DNA of 64,000 bases, taken from Blastocladiella emersonii ATCC 22665 (lineage: Eukaryota > Fungi > Blastocladiomycota). Below the pieces are notes generated by a model that was not told the origin of the DNA, did not search any database, and worked only from the letters and a program-made list of their open reading frames with translations. This document shows positions 13,101 to 23,594 of this stretch, one piece after another. Both the position numbers and the translations under genes were made by a program. The DNA is taken from positions 1 through 64,000 of the forward strand of contig JANHCV010000016.1 of NCBI GenBank assembly GCA_025594325.1, read 5' to 3'. Positions within the stretch are counted from its first letter, which is position 1. Every line of letters starts with the position of its first letter.

Positions 13101-15051
13101 CGTCCTCGTTCTCGAGCTTGACGCCGACGAGCTTGTCGAGCTTGACCACGGGCTCAAAGTGCACGTTGGGCTCCGACTCGTCAGCTTGGTCATTGTCGTC
13201 GTCGTCGCCTTGGTCGTCTGCGTCCGCATCGTCGGCCACCTTGACGGGTGCCGCAGCAGCAGCGGGCTTCGTAGCCTCGGCCGACGGCGACTTGCGCTCG
13301 GGCGTGGAGCCCTTGAGGAACGCGTGCCGCGTCTCGGGAACCGTCGGCGATGCCGGCTGAGATGCCGGCGCCGAGTCAGTGACCGCGGGCCACGCGAAGA
13401 CGGCCTGCGCGGGCGACTGCGGGAGGGCGATGGCCGCGACGGCCGGCTTGGGCTCGGCCACCGCTTCAGCACCCACTCCCGCCTCGGGCGTCGCCACAGG
13501 CACCGGCGTACCTGGCCCGCCCGGCACGGCGGTCCCCGCCGCGACCATCGCGTTCCACCGGGCAGCCTCGTTGAACTTGGCCGCGAACAGGTTAGCGACG
13601 TCGGCGTCGCGGACACGGATCGCGAGGGTCTGTGGTGCGACGACGCCGTCGGCGAAATCGGCGAGCGCGGTCCACACCCACGCGCGGTCCGACTTGGCCA
13701 TGGGCACGAGCTTCATCTCGGGCGTGATGAGGTGGTTGGCGCATACCTTGAGGACCTTGTCGCGGCGCATGACAAGGCGGATTTTGCCCGAGTCGCGGTG
13801 CATCAGCAGCCGCAGGTCCCCTGTGCCGCGTTCTTTCCAGTCGCCGCCAAGGTAGCGGTACAGGCGCGCACGGCTACAGGTGCGACGGGGGGTGCGGGTG
13901 AGAACGGGCGAAGTGAGGACAGGTGAGAGGGCGGCGTACATGGTGAGCAGCGTTGTCTCGTCGTCCGTCTCAGACTTGACCTCGACGAGCGTGTCGAGCT
14001 TGAGGACCGGCTCAAAGTGGACGTCGGGCTCGGTCTCGTCGGGCTGGTCGTCGTTGCCATCGGCCGCGTCGTCCTCGGTCGCGGGCTAGTTGACACGGTG
14101 CGTTAGCGAAGCACACATCGCCGACCCACGGCCACACGTACCGGCCCGCTCTTGTGCGGCGCGACGGGCGACGGCGGGAGCGCCGTATTGTTCGAGACCC
14201 ACTGTGCGGGCGCCGGTCCCGCCTTGTCGCTCGCGGACGTGGGCGAGTCGCCGAGCGAGACAGCCTCGCTGCTGACGGCGGGCACCGTGATCGCCGCGAA
14301 CCCCGCGACCGCGGCGGGCCCCTCCTCGTCGCCCGTGACGACCGCAGGCGCGCCAGGCCCACCCGGCGTCGCGGTCCCGGCGGCAATGCGGCGGTTCCAC
14401 TCCTTGGCCTCGTCGAACTTGGCGAGCATACGGTGCGCGGTGGCAGCGTCGCGGAGGCGGACGGCAAGGGTAACGGGTTCGGGCACGGCGGCGGCGCCGT
14501 CGCTGAGATCCGCGAGGGCGCGCCAGGTGAGGGCGCGGTCCGAGTTGATGATCGGGAGGAGCTTGAGCTCGGGCGCGACGTGGTGGTTGGCGCAGATCTT
14601 GTGGGTCTTGTCGCGGCGCATCACCAGGCGGACCTTGCCCGTGCGCGAGTGCATGAGCAGGCGCAGGGTGCCGGTCCCGCGCTCTTTCCATTCCTTGGCG
14701 GTCTTGGACTCGGGGACGGCGTACAGCTTGGCGCGGCTACATGTCAAGGCGTCAGACTCTAGGGAGTGACGTACGAGTGCAGGGCAAGACGGACACGACA
14801 AAGATCGGCTCCTCGTCCTCCTCGTTGGTCTTGACGTCGACGAGCTTGTCGAGCTTGAGGACGGGCTCAAAGTGGACGTCGGGCTCGGCCTCGTCGGCCT
14901 TTTCATCATCGTCGTCGCCTCCATCATCGGTATCCTGGACCTGCTTGGCCGGTGCTGGCGCAGCGAACAGCATCGACGCGGGTTTCCCACGGCCCGGCGC
15001 AGCAGCCGCGGGCGTCTCGGCCTTGGGAGCCGTCGTCGCCTTGGTCGGCAT
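10116..15051 (-). CDS. Chimeric protein: four tandem RanBD domains fused to an eIF2B-delta paralog (1525 aa, 7 exons)
   Basis: Exons 15051-14795, 14736-14142, 14085-13940, 13873-13082, 13019-12506, 12447-12392 and 12333-10116 join through GT..AG introns with branch-like CTRAC/CTAAY motifs; total 4578 nt, with phases consistent at every junction. Three WKERG(T/V)G RanBDs plus one degenerate copy precede the eIF2B-delta core (RPLSPGMGNAIR, CETYKF, FDVAPPEFL). Confidence 0.85.
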
Positions 15052-15268
15052 GGTGGGTCTGCAAGTGGTGTGCAGTGCAGAGCAAGTTGGCGCAAGAGGG
15101 GGAGCGAAAGTCACTCACGAAACGTGCGAACAGAAACGCGTCGCGACGCGTGCTCGCGTGATCCGTCGCCGTCGCGTTTTTCACTGTTCGTCGCGCTTTT
15201 CGCCGCGGTGATTACACAAAAAAGAGGGTTCGCTAGATTGATGGTAACAGACAGAGACTCGAGAAAGC

Positions 15269-16750
15269 TCAGCGGTGCGACTCGAGCAGCGGCTTGTACT
15301 CGCGCAGCACAACGGGGACCGAGGTGACGGGGACGAGGCCGAGCTCGGTGATGACGACGGTGAGGAACTCGGGCGGCGTCACGTCGAACAGGAGGTTGAG
15401 CGCCTTGAGCGGGGCCGCGCCCTTACTCGCTGGTCCCGTGGTCGCGACGGACCGCAGGAGGTCGGACGGGTCGCCGAGCTCGTTGAAGACGATCGAGTCG
15501 AGGTGGATCGCGTTGGAGAACTTGTACGTCTCGCAGGTGACGATGACGGGGATGTTGGCGCGGGCGGCGATGAGGGCGACCTGGGCGGACCCGGCGCGCG
15601 CGAGGAGGGCGCCGTTGGCGAGCAGGCCGTTGGCGCCGAGCAGGACCTTGGTGGCCTCGCGCATCGCGTACGCGACGCCGCTGATGAGCACGTAGGTGGT
15701 CGGGATCCCCGCGGCGAGCAGGGCGCGGGCCATGCGGCGGCCCTCGAGGCGCGGGCGCGCGTCCACGACAATGGCGCGGAACTTGCGGCCGCGGGCCTGC
15801 GCGGCGAGCAGCACGTGGCGCACCGTCGACGAGTGGCCGAACGTCAGGATCACGTCGCCGTCCTTGATCTTGGACACGCCGATCTCGGCGAGCCCGTGCA
15901 GCGCCATGGTGATGCGCTCCTGGATGAAGGTGTCAATGTGCTCGAGCAGCTGCTCCTTGGCGTCCTTGTCGGGGAGGTCCGGGGCGAGGACCGAGATCTC
16001 GTGCTTGAGCTGGCGGATGGCGCTGCCCATGCCGGGCGACAGCGGGCGGATGTCGGACAGGTACGAGATGTGGTTGCCGAGGTGCTGGGTGAGGTGGCGC
16101 GACAGCACCGCGTCGTTGGGCGTCGCGTAGTCGGCGATCAGGTTCTTGAACGCCTCGAGCATGGCGCGGCACCGCGCGTTGGACCCGCCCAGCCGGTTGT
16201 CGGCCATCTGCAGCCCGACCTGCACCACGGCCGGGTGCAGCGCGCGCGAGTGCGGACCCGACGCCGTGTACCCGGCGAGCTTGCGCTCGTGCAGCGGCGT
16301 CGGCAGGTGCGCGAACAGGGACATGGTCTTGCTCGCGGGCGCGGCCGCGGGGGCCGCGGTCCCCGGCCGCGTCAGGTTGCCGACCGACCCCGCGACCGAG
16401 CTGTTGGCGCGCAGCAGCGAGCTCGACGACCCGCCGAGCGCCGCCGTGGTGTCGGCAGCGGAGGATGGCGCAGCCTTGCTGTCACCACCAGCCGCGCCCT
16501 GCGCCGCCGCCTTCTTGCCGCCAGCCTGCGCGGAGGCACCCGCGGGCGCCTTGCCGCTACCGCCGGCGGCCTTCATGGCCTCCTTGGCGGCGCGCTGGGC
16601 CTCCTGGTACGCGCGGCGCTCGGCCTTGGTCATGTCCTTGGCCGACTTTTTGATGGGACGGCCCTCGGCGTCGAGCTGGATCGCGGGCGCGGCGGGCGCG
16701 GCGGCGGCGGAAGCGGGTGCCGGTTCGGCGGCTTGCTTTACGTTGCTCAT
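15269..16750 (-). CDS. GCD2: Translation initiation factor eIF2B delta subunit (intronless, 493 aa)
   Basis: TKAERRAYQEAQRAAK, LHPAVVQVGLQM, GSNARCRAML, RPLSPGMGSAIR, CETYKFS, FDVTPPEFL motifs of eIF2B-delta. Confidence 0.92.
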   Translation of the reverse strand: MSNVKQAAEPAPASAAAAPAAPAIQLDAEGRPIKKSAKDMTKAERRAYQEAQRAAKEAMKAAGGSGKAPAGASAQAGGKKAAAQGAAGGDSKAAPSSAADTTAALGGSSSSLLRANSSVAGSVGNLTRPGTAAPAAAPASKTMSLFAHLPTPLHERKLAGYTASGPHSRALHPAVVQVGLQMADNRLGGSNARCRAMLEAFKNLIADYATPNDAVLSRHLTQHLGNHISYLSDIRPLSPGMGSAIRQLKHEISVLAPDLPDKDAKEQLLEHIDTFIQERITMALHGLAEIGVSKIKDGDVILTFGHSSTVRHVLLAAQARGRKFRAIVVDARPRLEGRRMARALLAAGIPTTYVLISGVAYAMREATKVLLGANGLLANGALLARAGSAQVALIAARANIPVIVTCETYKFSNAIHLDSIVFNELGDPSDLLRSVATTGPASKGAAPLKALNLLFDVTPPEFLTVVITELGLVPVTSVPVVLREYKPLLESHR

Positions 16751-17020
16751 GGTGTCGATTGCGTAGCGGGTAGGGTGGTCGGGGTGCGTGGAGGAGAGCA
16801 GTGAAAGCCAGCTCGCGACGAACAGAAAGAGAGAGGAACGGCGATCCGTCACGCGAGCTCACCCGACGCGGTCCGGCGAGTCCGACGCGTGTTCTCCCCG
16901 CCCTGGCTCGAGTTCTCAGCACGGCCGCCCCGCCCGCCATCCGCCCTCCCGCACCCGGAACCGACTCTCTGCACTGCATCGACACCCTACCCCTAGCACG
17001 ACCCCCACACGACATCTGCC

Positions 17021-17957
17021 ATGGACATTGTATGTTGGCGCTACGCTACGCCGCGGCCCGCTGCTGCTGCGCGCGACCAGACGGCCTCCTGACGTCCCCG
17101 CTCTCTATGAACAGCAAACGCATACCCTGGTGCTCATGCAGCGCACCAACAAGCTGTCGTCGCGCATGTTCTACGACTACGAGAGCGTGTACGCGGCCAT
17201 GGAGGGCATCATCGCGCTGTTCGAGGAGAAGCTCAAGAACGAGCGCGCCAAGGTCGAGACCCTCAAGTACACGGAGAACGACGTCGAGGCCTTCATCGAC
17301 GACCTGGCCGACGTCGTGTGCCTCATGTGCGTTTCGACTCATCATCACCGCCTGATCACCACCCCTCGCGCTCACCTCCCGCCCCCTCCGACCCGCGTCT
17401 ATAGTCGCGAAGAACTCAGCCCCGGCGTGTACGGCTACGCGCCAAAGAACGCCGCGTGGCTCAAGCAGTTCATCCGCCCCGTGCTCGCCCGCAAGGCCGC
17501 CGCCCTCGCCAAGATCCACGGCGGCGCACCATCTTCCAGCAACGCCCGCGCCTCGTTCGGCACCCGCATGGACCACGGCGCGCCCGGCGGTGGTGGCCGC
17601 GGCGGCGCAGGAGGCCCGCGCAAGGGCGGCAACGGCAACGGGCACGGTAACGGCAACAAGGCGGCGACGGACGGCGACATTAACAAGCGGCTCGGGAACA
17701 AGGGCGGCAACAAGAAGGCCAACGCCGAGCCCGGCATCTTCGTCGTCCCATCAACCATCGGCAAGGGCGTGTCCAAGCGCAAGGGCGGCAACAAGGGCAA
17801 CGCCGCCGTCGACCTCTCGGGCAAGGGCGGCGTCCAGCTCATGACCCAGGCCTACGCCCAGAAGATGAACCTCGTCGGCAACGGCGCGTCCCTCGCCGGC
17901 GGCAACCGCGGTAACGGCAACGGCGGCGGTGGCGGCAAGGGCAAGAAGCGCCACTGA
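17021..17957 (+). CDS. ERH: Enhancer of rudimentary homolog with a Gly/Asn/Lys-rich C-terminal extension
   Basis: MDI|QTHTLVLMQ...RMFYDYESVYAAMEGIIALFEEKLK...FIDDLADVVCL matches ERH (HTILLVQ..YADYESVNECMEG..FIDDLADLSCL); introns 17030-17114 and 17327-17404. Confidence 0.88.
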
Positions 17958-18099
17958 TCAACGACTCGCTCGCCCGCTTCTCAACCTGAACCGTTTGGAC
18001 ACTCGTATGACAACCACAAAAAAAAATACATTTACAGATATCTGCACAACAACAACCAAACTAGTTAACTCTTGGCTCGCGTGTCCGTGCCCGGATCAA

Positions 18100-20117
18100 T
18101 CACTGCCCGAGGCGGCGACGCTTCATCGACAGCGGACCCGGCTTGTACGCGCCCTTGGCCTTGCGCTTGGACAGCCGCGCCGACGACCGCGTCGTGCGCG
18201 TCTCGCCCTCGCCCTCGTCGTCGTCGTCCGACGCCGGCGTGTCGGGGAACTCGGGCGTCGGCGGCTCGTCCGGCCGCTCGGCCGTCGGCGGCGTCGCGAT
18301 GCGGCGCTGGGTGCGACGCGTGGTCGGACGCACCACGACCATCTCCTCCTCCTCCTCCTGCTGCTCGAGCTCGTCCTCGTCGTCGCTGTCAGCGGCGATC
18401 GGCGTGGTCGACGCGGGACGGCTCGAGATGCGCGCCGAGCGGCGGGTGCCCGTCGAGCGGGACGACGACGACGCGGCGGGGGCGTCATCGTCGCTGTCGT
18501 CATCGTCGTCGTCCGTCGGCCCACTGCGGCGGCTGCGGCGGCCGCCCGTCGACCGGCGCGTGCCCGTCGTGGTCTCTCCGGCGTCCTTTGCGGCCTTCTG
18601 GCGGCGGAACGCCTCGACGCCCTGCACCGAGAGCTCCTGGAACTCCTCCTCGGAGAGCCCGCGGCCCGCGAGGACGGCAGCGCGGATCTCGGCCCACTGC
18701 GGGTCGGCAAACGTCTTGGGCAGCGACTCGAGCGGGGGCTGGCCGGGCTCGCGCTCGAGCGTGAACCGGTACACCTTGAACCCGGTCGGCCCGTCCTCGT
18801 ACGTCCAGTCGGTGCACTTGTACAGGCCGTCGTAGCGGTACAGGCCGTGCGGGGCGTGCTCGTAGCCGGACTTGGGCCCGCGGACCACGCGGATCGACCG
18901 GCCCAGGTCGTACGACTTGATGAAGGCCGCGTTGCGCGAGCTGAGCTCCATGTCCATGGTTTGCGGCGCTGTACGAAGGTTCTTTTCGGAGAGGGCGCGG
19001 CCGCCGCTGCCCGAGAAGATGATGCGGTCGCCCTCGTCGATGTCGCCGTCGTAGCCCTACAGCAGACCAGTCGTGATTAGCCTGATTTGGCAGCGAGGTA
19101 GCCGGAAAGACGTACCCCGTTGCAGGTAATCGACCACACGCCATATTCGTGGTGGCCCGCGATGCCAGGGACGAGACCACTGGAAGAGAGAACGAGTCAG
19201 TCGTATCCGGCGACCTCCGTCGCGATGAGTGCGCCGTACCGGTGAACGCCAGCTTCCTACACATCCGCAAAGCGTCATTCGTGAGCAATTTGTAGCGGTG
19301 GAGGTCCACGGAGGTGAGTCGCACATGAGCGCACTTGCGGAACCCGAACAGCGAGCCGACGGGCACGTTGGGGATCGGGCCAAACTTGCGCTTGGCCGGG
19401 GACGGCTCCTTCTTCATGATCTCGTACGGCAGCGAGAAGAAGAACGTGTCCGACTTGGCGTCGTGGGCGAGCATCTGCTTGCGGCGGATCTCGCTGCGCG
19501 ACGCCGCGCTACCGTCCTCGTCCTACATCGAGTGTTCACGCTGTGTCAGGGGGGCATTGCAACGGGTCGAAAGAGCAGCTCACGTACGAGCTCCATGAAC
19601 TCCTCGTCGTCGTTGGAACGAGAGGCGCGGGTACGACCGAGCTTCGCCGCGGTGCGGCCGCGGGCAGCACTGCGCAGCGTGCGAGGAGCGGGCCGCTCGC
19701 TCGCGGCGTCGTACTCGTCGTCGTCGTCGTCGTCACCAGCAGCGCGCCGGCGGCGAGTCTGCTTGGCCGCGGGTGCGGAAGACGTCGAACTGGACGAGCG
19801 AGCCAGCGTCGAGACAGAGTCAATCGCTATACCAAGAATAGAGTCAGCGACGAGCTACAGACTAAGCGAGTACGACTGACAGTACAGGCAGTGGCGAGAA
19901 GATCGCGCATGCGATCCATGTTGCGCTGGCGGCGAGCCGCAAGGTCCTCCTCGCCTTCATCATCCTCGTCCTCGTCCTCGTCCTCGTCCTCTGCGGGCTC
20001 CTCCTGGGCGACCTCGTCGTCCGAGCTCTGGTTCTCGGGCTGCGTCACGGCCGCAGCGTCGGCAGCGTCGTCCGATTCATCGTCGCGACGCGCGGGCAGG
20101 TTCTTAAAGCGTGGCAT
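18100..20117 (-). CDS. SRA/YDG domain protein with acidic N-terminus and Arg/Ser/acidic tail
   Basis: Spliced FGPIPNVPVGSLF..CAH|EAGVHR|GLVPGIAG..WSITCNG|GYDGDIDEGDRIIFSGSGG..IRVVRG..YRYDGLY is a canonical SRA domain; includes a 17-nt microexon. Confidence 0.87.
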
Positions 20118-21695
20118 TGCAAAGAAGCTGATAATGGTTGGGAGCAGAGGTCCCTGTTGGGAGGCAAGAGAGAGCGTGAGGTCAGCCAGCTGTGACGCAG
20201 CGAGGGCGCCGGCCCTCGGCGAAGGAAAGTGATACGACGGACCATGTGACCTGATTCAATGACCAAAACGCGTTCAAGGCCGCTTCCAAACTCGCACCCC
20301 CTCCCTTGAACCCTTATCCCATGAACTCTCAATGCAACTCCATGCAAAACGGTCTATACAGCTTGGCTCAATCGGGGCCGGTCGATGGCAGGCAGGAACC
20401 CTACCTTTGTCATGCGGGACAGGTTACTCGACTGTGCTGCGGCGATGACCCTTCCCGCACAAGCACCACATCCTGTCGTCAGTCTAACAAATTCGGACTC
20501 TGCAGTTGGATTACTGAGATGCGCGAGTCTTGGAGCTTGCCCAAGTCAGCATGGGCCTCGTGTCGTGCTCATAGTGCGCTCAGACGCTCTCTATCTATAC
20601 CAAAGAGACTCCCTTTCTTCGTGCACCGAGTCCGGTAACCACGGCCTCGCCCTCGCGCGCAAGGCATAACCGCTCAACTGACCGCTTGCTGTGAGGCTAG
20701 TCGCCCCGCGGCCCGCTCTCGCTCTTGCTCTGTCGAAAGTTTTCCGGGGTCACTTTTCTCGCGCTCTGGCTTTTACTGTGGTGCTCTGCGCTGAGCTGGT
20801 TTACTCGGAAAGATGACGCGAAAATGCCTTAGTTGCTTTGTGCGCGCGCCTGGAAAGTGGCCGATGACACCATATGAGCTCTGGCACATCTTTCGTTGCG
20901 GTTACGATAACCCTACGTTGCTACTTTACGTCTGGCCCAGTCTGATCTATAGCGGAAGCTCGACGCGAGGGATGCCTGCGCGGTCCGTACGCGCTAGCGC
21001 GAACCCTCTCCCCTCTCGGCCAACGTTCTGCAGCCGCGAGCGAGGCGTATGTCGGAGACTCCAACAACACGACGCGCACTGGTGAGGTCCGATTGAGCGC
21101 GTGAGAGGACGTGACGCGACGCGACCACTCTTGTCGTCAAGCACGGGTTGGTCCAGCCTTGTGTCGATACGTAGACCGTCGCTTCTTGCGGTGCGGGGCC
21201 AGACGTGAGGAACAGATCATCGCGGCCATTGACAACGACCACGAAACCGAGGAGATTGCCGCGGTGGCCGTCGCGCAGGCGGCTCTCTTATACACCAGCA
21301 CGATCCGTCGGTTGCGCTGGAACCGCTTGAAGCGTGCAAGTCATCGTCGTGGCTCCGGCGGTTCACGACCGCGGCGGTGGCCGTCATCGTGGCCACAAAG
21401 TGACACGGACACGACGCGAGTATGCCTCGACCTCGTCCTCGCGAGGGCTGTGCTATGTATCAGTGGGATTAAACGGCTGGACCCCCCCTCTGAAAGAGCA
21501 TCGTCACGAGCTTGAACAACTGAGTAGCTCGAGCTGATTGTCGGCCGTGGCAATGGCGGCGGCGCGACCGACACGGAGCGCGTGCGAGAGGGCGGGCGAG
21601 GAGTGAAACGCCGGCACGTCGTCGCCCGGAAGACGACACTGCCCAACGGTATATTATGACTCAGGCCGCTGTGACGACCACCACAGTAAAGTGAT

Positions 21696-21767
21696 GGGGC
21701 TGTAGCTCAGTGGTAGAGCGTCTGCTTTGCATGCAGAAGGCCCAGGGTTCAAACCCCTGCTGCTCCA
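21696..21767 (+). tRNA. tRNA-Ala (anticodon TGC), intronless
   Basis: Cloverleaf GGGGCTG-TA-GCTC AGTGGTA GAGC-G-TCTGC TTTGCAT GCAGA-AGGCC-CAGGG TTCAAAC CCCTG-CTGCTCC-A; G3:U70 alanine identity pair; one T-T mismatch in the acceptor stem. Confidence 0.93.
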
Positions 21768-21771
21768 TTTT
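21768..21771 (+). terminator. Pol III oligo-T terminator of tRNA-Ala
   Basis: TTTT directly after the discriminator base, with a second TTTT 3 nt downstream. Confidence 0.6.
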
Positions 21772-22700
21772 AGCTTTTGCACCTGCTCAACCTGCTCAAC
21801 GAGCCTCGTTTGCCATTGACGTCGGCGCAAGGAAGGCGCAGAGAGACCAAGGAGGTTGAGCTGTCACGTCACAGACCCACGTCGACCTCATTCACCGACC
21901 ACACCCGCGCTGAGCGAAGGCGCACTCTACTCGCTCTACTCTGCCCTGTCGTGTGAAACGGTGAAGAAGCGCGGGACGACCCCGAGCACATGTGCGTGTG
22001 CCGAAGCGGGCGGGAAGAAGATGGAGGATGTATCGCTGCCCGCGGGCACGGTTTGACTAGCAGCGTGAGTGGCGCGGCCTCACGCAGCGCTCTTCCTTCG
22101 CCTCCTGGCTCCAACTTCGAGTGGATTGGCTGCCAGCGTGCTACCTGATCGAAGACCGCACTCATTTGCTGTTCTTGGGCGTTTTTATGTCTACTGCGTC
22201 GCGACAAGCGGAAGAACTGGCGCGTCGCGTCGTAGCAAACGCATCTGATCCGAGCATTGATCGTCGCCCCGTTTGCAACTGCCAGTCCTGATTCTCCCCC
22301 CGCCGTCAATCATCTGAACTTCTCACTTACCTGTAAGTCTTACAGGCAAACCGTGTGTATTCGATCGGTCGCTTGAGCGCGTGCGCTGGTTCACCGAGCC
22401 GTGAGAAGCGACACGTCGGGTCGCCTCGCAGCCGCTCCGTTCTGATCCTCGCTGTGATGCTAGCTCTCCTCCGCTCGAGCCCCGGCTCCTATTCCCCATC
22501 CTGCAACTAACTAAACAGCTTACTGAGTTTTGGATGATCTCAACTGAGGAGGGAGGTGAGGCGAGTCAAGAGATGAATAAGTGACTAGGGAGAATGCTAT
22601 TGTGCGATTACATATGAGGGAGAGAAAACATTACAGGTTCAGGATCGAGCTGCGCGCGCGGGCGCGGAATGCCGAAGCCGAACACGCTGGGCAAAGGTGT

Positions 22701-23498
22701 TTAGCAGCAGCCGTTGTTGATGGGCAGGATCGTGACAACGTCGCTGCCGCAGTCGCCGTGGTTGTTGATGGGCATGATGTGGAAGTCGCCGCCGTTGCCG
22801 CAGTCGCCCGAGGGACCCCAGGTGGCCGGGTTGCCGCCGACGAAACCGTCGGCCGAGTGGTGGCCCTGGAACTGCGACTGCGACTGCGTCTGCGACTGCG
22901 ACTGGAACGCGTCGCCGTGGCCGGTCGACCACTGGCCCTGCGACTGCGACTGGTGCTGCACGGCCGAGCCGTGGTCGCCGCCCCACTGGGTCTGCGACTG
23001 CGACTGCGACTGCTGCTGAGCGGCGCCGCCGTGGCCGGCACCCCACTGCGACTGCTGCTGCGCCTGCGACTGGTCGACCGAGCAGTGGTTGCCCCAGCTG
23101 CTCCAGTCGTTGCTGCCCTGGAACTGCGACTGCGACTGCGACTGCGACTGGGCGGCGTCACCATGCGACCACTGCGACTGCGACTGCGACTGCGACTGAG
23201 CGCCGTGGCCGCCGTTGCCCCACTGGGCCTGCGACTGCGACTGCTGCTGAGCGCTCGTGCTGCCGTGGCCGAACTGCATCTGCGACTGCGACTGGGCCTG
23301 GTCGACGGAGCAGTGGTTGCCCCAGTTGCCCTGGAACTGGCTCTGCGACTGCGACTGCGCGGCATCGCCACCGTGCGACCACTGCGACTGGCTCTGCGAC
23401 TGCGACTGGGCGCCGTGGCCGCTGCCCCACTGGGTCTGCGACTGCGACTGCGACTGCTGCTGGACGGCGGGGACGTGGATCGGGGCGCAGAAGGTCAT
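22701..23498 (-). CDS. (Gln-Ser)n repeat protein, copy 1 (265 aa, intronless, prion/amyloid-like)
   Basis: Open frame MTFCAPIHVPAVQQQSQSQ...PINNGCC with strong C/G-ending codon use and an upstream TATA box; identical to the copy at 29834-30631. Confidence 0.85.
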   Translation of the reverse strand: MTFCAPIHVPAVQQQSQSQSQTQWGSGHGAQSQSQSQSQWSHGGDAAQSQSQSQFQGNWGNHCSVDQAQSQSQMQFGHGSTSAQQQSQSQAQWGNGGHGAQSQSQSQSQWSHGDAAQSQSQSQSQFQGSNDWSSWGNHCSVDQSQAQQQSQWGAGHGGAAQQQSQSQSQTQWGGDHGSAVQHQSQSQGQWSTGHGDAFQSQSQTQSQSQFQGHHSADGFVGGNPATWGPSGDCGNGGDFHIMPINNHGDCGSDVVTILPINNGCC

Positions 23499-23588
23499 CT
23501 TGGTGTGTTGGTGGGTCGGTGCGACGGCTCGAGTGTGAGTGGTGGGTGATCTTCTCAACTCGAAGTGGGGCCGAGGGGGCTGTCCCTC

Positions 23589-23594
23589 TTTATA
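23589..23594 (-). promoter_or_regulatory. TATA box of QS-repeat gene copy 1
   Basis: TATAAA about 90 nt upstream of the ATG in an otherwise GC-rich context. Confidence 0.7.

Noticed and set aside
20130-20700. Short ORFs upstream of the SRA gene
   Set aside because: Lower GC, no codon bias and no motifs; most likely promoter or intergenic DNA.
22860-23460. CRISPR-like or satellite interpretation of the repeated CTGCGA blocks
   Set aside because: Units are codon-phased coding repeats with variable length; there are no constant repeats with unique spacers and no cas genes.
22581-23549. (Leu-Arg)n and (Cys-Asp)n ORFs in other frames of the QS gene
   Set aside because: Alternative readings of the CAGTCG hexamer repeat; only the QS frame has an ATG, a TATA box and typical codon use.
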